From: an uncultured Clostridia bacterium
GTDB lineage: Bacteria; Bacillota; Clostridia; TANB77; CAG-508
Direction: 5' to 3'
DNA length: 55,093 nucleotides
Assembly (NCBI GenBank): GCA_947625665.1
Contig: CANQPF010000002.1
Span: 1 to 55,093 of the forward strand
This document shows, piece after piece, positions 34,577 through 45,539 of this stretch (the stretch's first letter is position 1; every line of letters begins with the position of its first letter). The notes beneath the pieces are model-generated. The model was not told the DNA's origin, did no database searches, and saw nothing but the letters and a program-made list of their open reading frames with translations. The position numbers and the translations under genes are program-made.

Positions 34577-36715
34577 TTACATAAGCTGTTGTGTATATGG
34601 CTTAGCTTGTATACTTTCTTCTACTGTTTGTATGTTCATTCCAAAGTATTCTGACATTATCTCTCTAACAGCTTCAGCTGTATAGTTTCCATGTCCACCA
34701 TTTTCTACTATTACTACTACTGCAATTTCTGGATCGTCGAATGGTGCAAATCCAACAAACCATGCATTTACATCTGTTGTATTTGTTTCTGCTGAACCTG
34801 TTTTTCCTCCAACTGGTATTGCAAAGTCCATAAATACATTACTTGCTGTACCCCCAGAGTCTGATGTAACTGAACGCATTCCTTCTAGTACTGCACCTAC
34901 ATGATTCGGATCGATTTGTAAATCTTCTGGAGTCGTGTCTCCAACATTTAATTTGTTATTTACGAATTTTTCTATTTCTTCTCTTGGTACTTCTGTACCA
35001 TTTGCATTTTGTACTGATTTTACTATTGTTGCATCTATGTGTTTTCCTCTATTTGCTAACATACTTATATATTTTGCCATTTGTACAGGTGTAAATTCAT
35101 TATATCCCTGTCCTATTACTGCATTTAGTGTATCTCCCGGATTCCAGTTATATCCAAGACTTGCTGCTGATTCTTTACTTGCTAAAACTCCACTATTTTC
35201 TCCTGGTAATTCTATTCCTGTCTTACCTCCTAGTCCAAAATATCTTGCATATTTTGCTAGGTTATCTATTCCCATTCTATCTCCTGTTTCATAGAAGAAA
35301 TAGTTACATGATTTTTCTATAGCTCCTACTACATCCAATGAACCATGTCCTCTTCCATAGTCTGTAAAGTACCAACAGTTCATTCTTATTCCATATTTAC
35401 TGTATACACCTGTATCATTTATTCTCGAACTAGGAGTTATTACTTCGCTTTCTAGTCCTGCTATTGCTGATATCATTTTAAATGTTGAACCTGGTGAATA
35501 AGAACTTTGTGAAGCTTTATTATATAATGGGTGTAATTCGTTGTTTACATATTCATTCCATTGTTGTGAGCTAATTCCATTTACTATTAGTGATGGATCA
35601 TAATCTGGATAACTTGCCATTGCAAGTATTTCTCCTGTTTTTACATCCATTACTACACAAGCTCCACCTTTTGCATTATAATATTTTCCAAATCCACCTG
35701 CTCTAATCTTTTCAATATTTGCAGCTAGAGCTCTTTCTGTTATTGCTTGTAAGTTCGAATCTATTGTTAAAACTATATTTGCACCTGATATTGCTTCTTC
35801 TGTAACATATTCAGCTGTCGTTGTTCCATCTACTGCCATATCTATTTGTTTTATTCCATTTTTTCCTTTTAAATATTCTTCAAATACTGATTCAATCCCT
35901 GTTTTTCCAATTAAGTCGTCATTCAAATATGTATCTTTTTTCTCTTGATATTCCTCTTGACTTATTGCTGAAGCATATCCTAAGATATGTGATGCTAAAG
36001 TTCCTGAAGTATATACTCTTACTGGTTTGACATTTATGTTGATTCCTGGGAATTTTTCACTACTTTCATTAAATTCTGCTACCGCTTCTCTTGGAATATT
36101 ATCTGCTAATTTTATTGATTTTGTACTACTATATCCCTTTTGGCTGATTTCATATCTTATTGCAATTATTTTTCTTACATCATTTATATTTTCTTGTGTA
36201 ATTTCATATTTATTTTTGAAATAATAAAATGCTTGTTCTGCTGTTGTCCCTTCTTCTAACTTATTATCATCTAGCCATTTTGCTAATTCTTCTCCTTCTA
36301 TTGTATATTGCATTGTATTTATATCTATTGGGAATGAGTCTGGGTATTGTATTTGATATTTTTCCAATACTGAAATGATATTATATATTGTATTGTTCAA
36401 TGTATTTGTATCACTTTTTGTTTTGTATAGCTCAAGTTCAAACACCATATCTGATGTTACTAATGTATTTCCTGTTTTGTCTAATATTTGCCCTCTAGCC
36501 GCTCGCAGAGTGCTTTCTCTTGATAGCCTTGTATTCGATTGTTCCCTGTATTCTGCACCATTTACTATTTGCAAGTTGAACAATTGAACCAATAAGACTA
36601 TTCCTATTATATAGACAAAAACCGTTAATACATTAAATCTCAGGTTTATACTATTCTTATCTATTATTTTTTTAATTTTCCTTCTGGTGAAAATTTTAAC
36701 CATGTTTATAATCAT
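34577..36715 (-). CDS. mrdA: Penicillin-binding protein 2 (elongasome class B transpeptidase)
   Basis: There is an N-terminal TM segment. The transpeptidase motifs are SPGSTFK (SxxK), KSCNYFF (SxN) and GGKTGSAE (KTG). The gene sits in an mreBCD context. The start may be the second ATG at 36703, given SD spacing. Confidence 0.88.
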   Translation of the reverse strand: MIINMVKIFTRRKIKKIIDKNSINLRFNVLTVFVYIIGIVLLVQLFNLQIVNGAEYREQSNTRLSRESTLRAARGQILDKTGNTLVTSDMVFELELYKTKSDTNTLNNTIYNIISVLEKYQIQYPDSFPIDINTMQYTIEGEELAKWLDDNKLEEGTTAEQAFYYFKNKYEITQENINDVRKIIAIRYEISQKGYSSTKSIKLADNIPREAVAEFNESSEKFPGININVKPVRVYTSGTLASHILGYASAISQEEYQEKKDTYLNDDLIGKTGIESVFEEYLKGKNGIKQIDMAVDGTTTAEYVTEEAISGANIVLTIDSNLQAITERALAANIEKIRAGGFGKYYNAKGGACVVMDVKTGEILAMASYPDYDPSLIVNGISSQQWNEYVNNELHPLYNKASQSSYSPGSTFKMISAIAGLESEVITPSSRINDTGVYSKYGIRMNCWYFTDYGRGHGSLDVVGAIEKSCNYFFYETGDRMGIDNLAKYARYFGLGGKTGIELPGENSGVLASKESAASLGYNWNPGDTLNAVIGQGYNEFTPVQMAKYISMLANRGKHIDATIVKSVQNANGTEVPREEIEKFVNNKLNVGDTTPEDLQIDPNHVGAVLEGMRSVTSDSGGTASNVFMDFAIPVGGKTGSAETNTTDVNAWFVGFAPFDDPEIAVVVIVENGGHGNYTAEAVREIMSEYFGMNIQTVEESIQAKPYTQQLM

Positions 36716-36738
36716 TCCTCTCTTAGCACGTATTATGC

Positions 36739-37272
36739 TTAGAAATATCTTGTTAGAATTTTGTTTCCTTTATATTCATTTTCTATATAATATCCAAATG
36801 ACTGTATTAGTGGGTATAATATAATTGATAAAATTATGTTGTATACAGTTTCAATTAATACTATTTTTATAAACGCTAGTACGTCTATATTTGAATTTAA
36901 GAATATATAATTTAAGAAATATATTGCAGTTTCTGCTAAAATTGTTGTTGCTGCCACTATAACCATTATTGTCATTCTATTATCTTTTGAAAAGTTTTTG
37001 TCGAATATTTCTGCAAGTAATCCTATTAATCCAAAGATTATCGCTGTTATTCCTATTTTTTGACTTGTTAATAAGTCAATTATTAATCCTATTGAAATTC
37101 CATAGATTGTTCCTAAGTTTCTACTTGTAAATAGTCCTATAAATAGGACTAATATGATATATAAATTTGGCATTACACCCGCTATTTTAAACCAGCTGAA
37201 AAAGTTCAGTTGTAAGATATATATTAAAAATATCAATATTATTAAGATAATATTTATCATTATTTTTTTCAA
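36739..37272 (-). CDS. mreD: Rod shape-determining protein MreD
   Basis: The product is a polytopic small membrane protein directly after mreC. The track's GTG 37281 overlaps the SD AAGGAG, so I favour TTG 37272, 8 nt after the SD. Confidence 0.75.
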   Translation of the reverse strand: MKKIMINIILIILIFLIYILQLNFFSWFKIAGVMPNLYIILVLFIGLFTSRNLGTIYGISIGLIIDLLTSQKIGITAIIFGLIGLLAEIFDKNFSKDNRMTIMVIVAATTILAETAIYFLNYIFLNSNIDVLAFIKIVLIETVYNIILSIILYPLIQSFGYYIENEYKGNKILTRYF

Positions 37273-37286
37273 CTGATTCACTCCTT

Positions 37287-38105
37287 TTAATTATTTGTTA
37301 CAACTAAAACACTTGCTAGTTTATCAAAGTCAACGGCTGTTTGTACTACTGCATATCTATCTGTCATGTTTTGAGTTGATACTACTTTTTTTACTGTTCC
37401 TATATGAATACCTTTTGGATATATTCCTCCAATTCCAGATGTTTCTACACTATCTCCTTGTATTATATTTGCATCTGTTGGTATATACATAGCTTTTAGT
37501 TCTGTGTCTGTATCTAAGTTTCCTTTGCATACTATGCTATCTTTGGTTGTACTCATCATTGCACTTACTGAGCTTGCTGAATCTACTATTGTCTGTACTT
37601 TTGCTGTATTGTCGGTAACTGAAACTACATGTCCAACTAATCCTTCAGCTCCTATTACAGTCATATCTTTTTCTACACCATCATTTTTACCTACACTAAT
37701 TACTATTGTTTTTGCATAATTAGTAATATCTCTATTTACTACATATCCTGATATTGTTTTGTATTCACCATATTTTTCTGTCAAATTTAAATATTCTTTT
37801 AGTTGTTCATTTTCTGTTTTTATATTTTCTAGCTCTCTTACCGTTTGTTCTAATTCATTATTCTTACTTTGTAATTCTTCGTTTTGTTTTTTTAATGTAT
37901 TTATATCTGCAAAAAATGTTTCATTACCACTTATTTTATTCTTTAAAAATGTTAATCCATTTTGAACTGGAACAACTATCTTATCAGCTATATTTTCAAA
38001 GAACGATGCTTCTCCATTTTCATTATTTGAAAATATAACTATAACGATTAAAACTACTATGGTTATAAATACACCTAATGCACCTGATTTCTTATTCTTA
38101 TACAT
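37287..38105 (-). CDS. mreC: Rod shape-determining protein MreC
   Basis: It has an N-terminal TM segment, a coiled coil (LKKQNEELQSKNNELEQTVRELENIKTENEQLKEYL) and a beta-rich C-terminus (GIGGIYPKGIHIGTV). ATG 38105 lies 7 nt after SD GGGAG, and I prefer it to the TTG at 38111 in the ORF track. Confidence 0.85.
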   Translation of the reverse strand: MYKNKKSGALGVFITIVVLIVIVIFSNNENGEASFFENIADKIVVPVQNGLTFLKNKISGNETFFADINTLKKQNEELQSKNNELEQTVRELENIKTENEQLKEYLNLTEKYGEYKTISGYVVNRDITNYAKTIVISVGKNDGVEKDMTVIGAEGLVGHVVSVTDNTAKVQTIVDSASSVSAMMSTTKDSIVCKGNLDTDTELKAMYIPTDANIIQGDSVETSGIGGIYPKGIHIGTVKKVVSTQNMTDRYAVVQTAVDFDKLASVLVVTNN

Positions 38106-38119
38106 CGACAAACTCCCTA

Positions 38120-39158
<1,039 letters not shown>

Positions 39159-39199
39159 TCAACTACACGTCCTTTCTTGAATTTTAATTGTTAACTTAA

Positions 39200-39838
39200 C
39201 TACTTTGCTAGTTCTGAAAATATACTTGTATACTGCATATTTCCTATTACCAAATGATCTAATAATTCAATACTAAAAACTTGTGATGCCTTGTACAATG
39301 TTTTTGTGAATTCTATATCTGCATTACTAGGACTTGAATTACCACTAGGATGATTATGTACTAATATTATTTTTGGTGCTTGCATTTTTATAGGTTCACT
39401 TAAAATAGTTTTAATATCTAGATTAACAAAATTACTTCCTCCTAATGCAATATCTTTTATTTTCATTATTTCGTTTCTTGAATTTAATATAACTATCTTT
39501 ACTATTTCTCTTTTTTCATGTTGCATCTGAGTTAATAGTATTTTTGCTAAATCATAAGGTTTTTTTATTGTGATTTTTCGGTAATCTAGGGGTTTTGACA
39601 TTCTAGATGCCATTTCGCATACTGCCTTTATTTGTATTGCTTTTACCCTTCCTATTCCTTTTATCTGTTTTAGTTCTTCTATTGTTAGCTCTTTCAAGAA
39701 TTCTAACCCTTGCGTTTGTGTATTATTATTTTTTGCTAGTATTTTTTGCGCGATTTGGATTGACGTTTCATCTTTTGTTCCACTTTTTATTATTATTGCT
39801 AGTAATTCCGCTTCTGATAGTGATTTTTCACCATACAT
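39200..39838 (-). CDS. radC: RadC-family JAB-domain protein. The canonical-start ORF is listed here; the conserved N-terminus continues upstream to 39889 without an ATG, GTG or TTG.
   Basis: The JAB motif is ILVHNHPSGNSSPSNADIEFTKTL and an HhH-like stretch is LKQIKGIGRVKAIQIKAV. The upstream in-frame sequence encodes IKIKQLPESERPYEKLE. Confidence 0.85.
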   Translation of the reverse strand: MYGEKSLSEAELLAIIIKSGTKDETSIQIAQKILAKNNNTQTQGLEFLKELTIEELKQIKGIGRVKAIQIKAVCEMASRMSKPLDYRKITIKKPYDLAKILLTQMQHEKREIVKIVILNSRNEIMKIKDIALGGSNFVNLDIKTILSEPIKMQAPKIILVHNHPSGNSSPSNADIEFTKTLYKASQVFSIELLDHLVIGNMQYTSIFSELAK

Positions 39839-39930
39839 TTCTAGTTTTTCGTATGGTCTTTCTGACTCAGGTAATTGTTTGATTTTTATAGTATTTCCTT
39901 CTTTCTTGTTATATTACCCCTGATTTTTAA

Positions 39931-40191
39931 TTATACAAATTTTCTATAAATTATTATTGCTATAGTCATTCCTATAATACTTGCTATATTAATGTTAAAC
40001 ATTAGTCCAAATGTAATTGTTACTACATTTAGATTTAAAGTAACTGGATTTTCTAATCCGAATCGTTGACCAAATGACATCCAGTTTAACCAATCTACAT
40101 GAGATGCAAGCTGACCTAACAATCCTCCTATAACTAATCCTGATAAAATAAATATAATTAGTATCCAAAAACTTTTATCTCTTGTTGCCAT
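39931..40191 (-). CDS. Small membrane protein, DUF4321-like
   Basis: The 86-aa product has two hydrophobic segments and sits upstream of radC-mreB, as is common in Clostridia. The family assignment is from memory only. Confidence 0.6.
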   Translation of the reverse strand: MATRDKSFWILIIFILSGLVIGGLLGQLASHVDWLNWMSFGQRFGLENPVTLNLNVVTITFGLMFNINIASIIGMTIAIIIYRKFV

Positions 40192-40433
40192 CTTTTGTTC
40201 CTCCTATTTTCCTTTTCCTGTATAATTTTTTAAGTTTATTAGTATTTCATTTTCCTTACGGAAATTTATTTTTTACCACGATTGTATTATATCTTGAAAT
40301 GTTATTTTTTTCAAGTAATTCTATTTATTTTTTATATTTATTATGTTATATTATTGTATAGTTACCAAAAATTATATCTTTAAATATAATATAATTAGTA
40401 GTATAATAATTATAGAGCATAAGGAGGAATTCA

Positions 40434-41081
40434 ATGAAGATAGAAAAACTAACTGAAAATAAGATTCGTGTTCTTTTAAAAAACGAAGATATAAAGGATA
40501 AAAATATAGATTTAAGTACTATTATGAATAAAGCACTTGAATCTCAAAGTTTCTTTTTAGAAATGCTTGACCAGGCTGAAGCTGAAGTGGGATTTAATAC
40601 AGATGGATGTAGGTTGTTAATTGAAGCTTATTCATCACCTGATAATGATTTCATTTTTACAATCACTAAGTATTTTGATGAGTTTCAAAATTCTGTTGAT
40701 AAAAATCCTATTCCATCTTATGTAAACAGAAAGCGTGTTGTTCCAAAAAGAAAAAAAGTTGATTTACGTGCCAATTGTTTTATTTACTCTTTTACCGATT
40801 TTGAAGCTTTTTGCGAGTTATGCACCTGTTTAAATAACTCTAATTATTCTATTAGGGGCTTAGCACGTTCAATTTGTTTATATGAATATAAAAATACATA
40901 TTATTTAGTAATTAAAGATTTTTATAATGATAAAGCTTGTCCTAAAGCAATCTTTTCTATTATATCTGAGTTTGGTAGACATATTAGTGTTTCTCCTAGC
41001 TTCGAAAACAAACTTTTTGAATATGGAAAAATTGTTATTAAGCATAATGCTTTAAATACGGGAATTAAATATTTTGCATAA
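40434..41081 (+). CDS. mecA: Adaptor protein MecA
   Basis: The SD is AAGGAGGA. The N-terminus MKIEKLTENKIRVLLKNEDIKDKNIDL is typical of MecA (MxIERIxxxTIKxxLxxxDL). Confidence 0.75.
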   Translation: MKIEKLTENKIRVLLKNEDIKDKNIDLSTIMNKALESQSFFLEMLDQAEAEVGFNTDGCRLLIEAYSSPDNDFIFTITKYFDEFQNSVDKNPIPSYVNRKRVVPKRKKVDLRANCFIYSFTDFEAFCELCTCLNNSNYSIRGLARSICLYEYKNTYYLVIKDFYNDKACPKAIFSIISEFGRHISVSPSFENKLFEYGKIVIKHNALNTGIKYFA

Positions 41082-41107
41082 TATAAAATTGATCGAGTAG
41101 AGTAGAA

Positions 41108-41137
41108 AAAAGAGAAGCTTAAATGCTTCTCTTTTTG
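41108..41137. terminator. Hairpin terminator between the convergent mecA and M23 peptidase genes
   Basis: The sequence is AAAGAGAAGC-TTAAAT-GCTTCTCTTTTT. Confidence 0.65.
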
Positions 41138-41195
41138 GGTGCTTTGGAGTTTTTGTCTAGCACCTTTTATAAAGTTTGGTTGTCTGACTATTTTA

Positions 41196-42200
41196 TTAAT
41201 ACACGTAGTTTTGAGGATTATATGGTGTTCCATTAATTCTTACTTCTAAGTGTAAGTGTGGTCCTGTTGAGTTTCCCGTTGATCCTACTGCTGCTACTGT
41301 TTCTCCTTGAGCTACGCTCTGTCCTACGGAAGCATATAGTTTGCTACAATGACAATAATATGTTTGAACTCCATTTCCATGGTTTATAGCTAACATGTTT
41401 CCGAATGAACCTTTATAACCTGCAAAACTTACTGTTCCTGCTGCTGCAGCTTTTATTGGTGTTCCTGAAGCAGCTGATATATCAAGTCCTGTATGAGTTG
41501 AACTTCTTACTCTACTTGATACTCCAAATCTTGATGTTATTGTTCCTGATATTGGTTTTATTAGAGATATTCCTAAGCTTGCCGCTCCTTTTCCTAAACT
41601 TGTTGATGTATTTACTGTTCCTCCGGTCTTAGGTTTTGCTTTTGCAATCTGAACCGGATCTGGTTTTGGAGCTTCTTTATATAAGCTAGCTACTGCTGTA
41701 TCTGTATCTGCAAATTCTTGTTTATCTGTTTCATATTTTTCTACTATTGATATTTCATTTATATTATTACTGTCTTTTTCTTTTAGTTGATTAACTATTG
41801 ATTCGGCTTCTTCAAAATCTTTTACAAATGTCTTTTCTTCATTGTTTTCTGCTATTGCATAGTAACGATAATATGTTACACCTTCATTTTTTATGTCTTC
41901 GAAAATTTCGTCATCATTTGTTACTATGTTCTTTTTTAATAAACATAATTTGTATTCCGGTAAATTGTTTACTTGCACAAATGCTGTATTTTCTTCCTCA
42001 CCATTATTTATATAATCGTTTATTTTTGCTTGGAGTTCACTTTTATTTTCTGTGTATCCAACATGTTCTCCATTTATTGAAACACTATATGTTGGTTTAT
42101 AAAAAAAAGCAACTGCACCAACTATAATCAAAATTGATATTGCTGTTAGAATTATTAATTTTATAGTTTTCTTCAAATGTACAGTCAGTTTTTTAAACAT
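41196..42200 (-). CDS. M23 family metallopeptidase with an N-terminal membrane anchor
   Basis: The M23 motifs are HTGLDISAASGTPIKAAAAGTV and GSTGNSTGPHLHLEVRINGTPYNP. The SD is GAAGGAG. Confidence 0.88.
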   Translation of the reverse strand: MFKKLTVHLKKTIKLIILTAISILIIVGAVAFFYKPTYSVSINGEHVGYTENKSELQAKINDYINNGEEENTAFVQVNNLPEYKLCLLKKNIVTNDDEIFEDIKNEGVTYYRYYAIAENNEEKTFVKDFEEAESIVNQLKEKDSNNINEISIVEKYETDKQEFADTDTAVASLYKEAPKPDPVQIAKAKPKTGGTVNTSTSLGKGAASLGISLIKPISGTITSRFGVSSRVRSSTHTGLDISAASGTPIKAAAAGTVSFAGYKGSFGNMLAINHGNGVQTYYCHCSKLYASVGQSVAQGETVAAVGSTGNSTGPHLHLEVRINGTPYNPQNYVY

Positions 42201-42431
42201 TTTTTTCTCCTTCGCAAAAATTATAATATTTCTTTTATATTACAATGTAATAATATTGTAATATTTAGTTTTTTGCAAGGCAGTATTTGGCTCATTTGGA
42301 CTGTTTTCGATGGTTTTTCTTCATTTTTCTCTTGTTTACTTTCATTTTCTTCTTTTTTCTTTGATTTTCATTTTATTTTTTTGAAAACAGCATGTTTATA
42401 GCACTTCTTAACTTTTACCATTATTACGAAT

Positions 42432-44693
42432 TTATAAAATTTCTAGATTGGCATATTTTGCCATCAATCTTTTATGTCCGGCTTTTTCAAAATTAATATC
42501 TACTTTTAAATCTTCTCCTTCTGGTTCTACGCTATTTATTACACCTTCACCAAATTTCTTATGATATACTTTTAATCCTGCTTTGTACTGAGACAAGTCT
42601 ACATTTGTTTTTTTATTGTTTAATGAATTTAAGAAACTATCAGCAGTTCTAAATGCAAACCCTGCGGAAACAGGTTGTTTGCTTGATATTGGGTGTGATT
42701 TTACGTTTGATTTATAATTTGAACCATATTTATAATTTGTATCATCAATTGACATTTTAGTTTTTTCTTGTAATGCTTGCTCATATCCATCTAATAATTC
42801 TGGTGGCATTTCTTTTACAAATCTTGACACTATGTTGTAACTTGTTGAACCAAATATTGTTCTTTGTTTTGCAAACGTTATAAATAAATTTTCTTTAGCT
42901 CTTGTTACTCCAACATAGCATAAACGTCTTTCTTCTTCCATTTCTTTTGGTTCTGATATTGATTTATATCCTGGGAAAATTCCTTCTTCCATTCCTACTA
43001 AGAATATTGCTGGAAATTCTAGTCCTTTTGCACTATGTAATGTCATCAATGTTACGGAATCTTCAGTTTCTTCCATATTGTCTATGTCACTTGAAAGAGT
43101 AATTCCCTCTAAAAATTCACTTAAAGTTGCATCTGCAGATTCTTCTTCAAATTCTATTGCAACTGTTAAAAATTCATCTAAGTTTTCTAGTCTATTTTCA
43201 GCTTCTATTGTTTTTTCTGCTTCTAAAGCTGATATATATCCTGTTTTTTTCAATGTTGTTTTTATCAACTCTGAAATTGGAAGTTCTGTTTTTCTTAATT
43301 CTTCTATTTGATTTATAAAATCTCTTGATTTCATGAATACTCTATTTAAGCCATATTGATCTGCATCTTTTAAAATTTCATACATTGATAATCCTTGTTC
43401 ATTTGCTATCTGCTCTATTTGATCTAAACTTGTTTTACCAATTCCTCTTTTAGGTTCGTTTACTATTCTTCTAAAGCTTAAGTTATCAGCTGGATTTTGA
43501 ATTAACCTTAGATACGCTATTGTATCTTTTATTTCTTTTCTTTCATAAAATTTTAGTCCACCTACAATTTTATATGGTATATTTTCTCTTCTTAATATAT
43601 CTTCTATTGCTCTTGATTGAGTATTCATTCTGTAAAGAATCGCAAAGTCTGAATATTTATAGTATTCTTCTCTGCGCAAATGTCCAATTTCACTCACTAC
43701 GTAAGATGCCTCATCATATTCATTATCTGCTAAATATACTTTTGGCAAGTTGCCATCTTCATTTTGTGTCCATAGTGATTTCTTATATTTTACTTCATTG
43801 TTACTTATTACTGAGTTTGCTACTTTCAAGATGTTTCCTGTACATCTATAATTTTGTTCAAGTTTGATAACTTTCGTACTTGGGAAATCTTTTTCAAAAT
43901 TTAAAATATTGCTGATGTCGGCACCTCTAAAAGAATATATTCCTTGGTCATTATCGCCCACTACTGTTATATTTCCGTGGTTTGCTGCTAACATGCTTAT
44001 CAACGTGAATTGTGCTTTGTTGGTATCTTGGTATTCGTCTACTAATACATATTTAAATTTATTTGAGTAATAGTCTAAAACATCGTCATTTTGCATAAAT
44101 ATTTTTATTGTATAATTTATGATATCATCGAAATCTATGGCATTATTTTCTTTTAATCTTTTTTGATATAGCTCATAAACTGTTGCTATTTTTTCTTTAC
44201 GATAGTCATTTGCCATTTTTGTATATTGTTTTGGCTCTAGCATTGCATTCTTTGCATTACTTATTTCTGATAACACACTTCTATCTGTAAATAATTTATC
44301 ATCTATCTGTAGATCTTTTAAACAGTTTTTTACTAATGTTCTTTGGTCTGATGTATCAAAGATTATAAATGATGTATCAAATCCAATTCTATCTATAAAT
44401 CTTCTTAAGATTCTAACACATATTGAATGAAAGGTTCCTACCCACATGTCTCTTATTCCTTCACCTATTAGTGCTTCTATTCTATCTTTCATTTCGTTTG
44501 CTGCTTTATTTGTAAATGTTATTGCTAATATGTCCCATGGATGTAAACCTTTTTCTTCTATTAAATATGCTATTTTATGTGTTAATACTTTTGTTTTACC
44601 ACTTCCTGCTCCTGCTATTACAAGACATGGGCCTTGAGTAGTTATTACTGCTTCATATTGTTTATCGTTTAGTCCTTTTAATATTTCTTGCAT
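42432..44693 (-). CDS. pcrA: ATP-dependent DNA helicase PcrA (UvrD family)
   Basis: The Walker A motif is AGAGSGKT. Other helicase motifs are ILAITFTNKAANEM, LVDEYQDTN, VGDNDQGIYSFRGA and LMTLHSAKGLEF. Confidence 0.92.
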   Translation of the reverse strand: MQEILKGLNDKQYEAVITTQGPCLVIAGAGSGKTKVLTHKIAYLIEEKGLHPWDILAITFTNKAANEMKDRIEALIGEGIRDMWVGTFHSICVRILRRFIDRIGFDTSFIIFDTSDQRTLVKNCLKDLQIDDKLFTDRSVLSEISNAKNAMLEPKQYTKMANDYRKEKIATVYELYQKRLKENNAIDFDDIINYTIKIFMQNDDVLDYYSNKFKYVLVDEYQDTNKAQFTLISMLAANHGNITVVGDNDQGIYSFRGADISNILNFEKDFPSTKVIKLEQNYRCTGNILKVANSVISNNEVKYKKSLWTQNEDGNLPKVYLADNEYDEASYVVSEIGHLRREEYYKYSDFAILYRMNTQSRAIEDILRRENIPYKIVGGLKFYERKEIKDTIAYLRLIQNPADNLSFRRIVNEPKRGIGKTSLDQIEQIANEQGLSMYEILKDADQYGLNRVFMKSRDFINQIEELRKTELPISELIKTTLKKTGYISALEAEKTIEAENRLENLDEFLTVAIEFEEESADATLSEFLEGITLSSDIDNMEETEDSVTLMTLHSAKGLEFPAIFLVGMEEGIFPGYKSISEPKEMEEERRLCYVGVTRAKENLFITFAKQRTIFGSTSYNIVSRFVKEMPPELLDGYEQALQEKTKMSIDDTNYKYGSNYKSNVKSHPISSKQPVSAGFAFRTADSFLNSLNNKKTNVDLSQYKAGLKVYHKKFGEGVINSVEPEGEDLKVDINFEKAGHKRLMAKYANLEIL

Positions 44694-44790
44694 TTGTTTT
44701 TCCTCCGATGATTATTATATATTTTTTAATTTCATAAGTCAATTGATTTTTTATATAAAGCTTAAAGCTTTGAAATGCCTATTATACATA

Positions 44791-44819
44791 GAAAAAGCAG
44801 GCACTTTATTGTGCCTGCT
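44791..44819 (-). terminator. Rho-independent terminator of the small basic protein gene
   Basis: The minus strand reads GCAGGCAC-AATAAA-GTGCCTGC followed by TTTTTC. Confidence 0.65.
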
Positions 44820-44852
44820 CCAAAGATAAAGCTTTGTAGAGACGGGTTAAGG

Positions 44853-45005
44853 CTATCTTCTTGTGATATAGCCTTTGTTACTTTGGTTTCCCTTAACTTT
44901 TTTCCTAGCTTTCTTCTTGCTAGTAAAGGATTTAGGATCCTTACCTATGAGGGAAACATACTCTCTTTTTACCATTCTCCGTAACTTCTTCTTTGCTTTG
45001 GACAT
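44853..45005 (-). CDS. Hypothetical small, highly basic protein (50 aa)
   Basis: ATG 45005 is preceded by a strong SD, AGGAGGAT. The product is MSKAKKKLRRMVKREYVSLIGKDPKSFTSKKKARKKVKGNQSNKGYITRR, and the gene has its own terminator. Confidence 0.6.
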   Translation of the reverse strand: MSKAKKKLRRMVKREYVSLIGKDPKSFTSKKKARKKVKGNQSNKGYITRR

Positions 45006-45191
45006 ATCATCCTCCTGTAATTTTCTTACCGATATTTTATCGGTTTGTATTTGCACAGCTTTTTAGCTTGTGTCTATATATCTATTTTACCATAAAAAGT
45101 TAAAGAAGTCAACTTTTATGTAGACTGCTTTTGGCTTGAATTTATATTTTTTGTTTATTATAATTATCAAAATACTTTATATCATATTAAT

Positions 45192-45218
45192 AGAAAATGA
45201 GCGGGAACATTCCCGCTC
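45192..45218 (-). terminator. Rho-independent terminator of the second small basic protein gene
   Basis: The minus strand reads GAGCGGGAA-TG-TTCCCGCTC followed by ATTTTCT. Confidence 0.6.
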
Positions 45219-45228
45219 TAAAGCCTTC

Positions 45229-45420
45229 CTATGAAAACTTTCTTTTGCCGATGATTGCTTTATTCTGATAGTTTACTTCGGCCTTTGAACAACTAGCCCT
45301 ATTGTTAGGATTGTTGTTATATTTGAAACAACCACGTTGTTTTGGACCTTTTTTTCTTCTATCAACACCGACGCCTCGTTTCTTGCCATTCCGCCTACCA
45401 CGAGACCATTTTTTACTCAT
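45229..45420 (-). CDS. Hypothetical small basic protein (63 aa)
   Basis: The product begins MSKKWSRGRRNGKKRGVGVDRRKKGPKQRG. and is followed by its own GC-rich terminator hairpin. I recognised no family. Confidence 0.5.
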   Translation of the reverse strand: MSKKWSRGRRNGKKRGVGVDRRKKGPKQRGCFKYNNNPNNRASCSKAEVNYQNKAIIGKRKFS

Positions 45421-45539
45421 TCGAAGGCTCCTTTCTAGAAATTTATATACGTAAATTTCCTGTATTTCTAAAAGTTACCTTATTTGGTTAATTTTAGATG
45501 TTTTTAGTTTAACATAATTATATTGTAATGTCAATCTTT

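Noticed and set aside
40922-41233. A 103-aa minus-strand ORF overlapping the mecA 3' end and its terminator
   Set aside because: It spans a terminator hairpin and the end of a well-supported gene, and it has no SD or recognisable motif.
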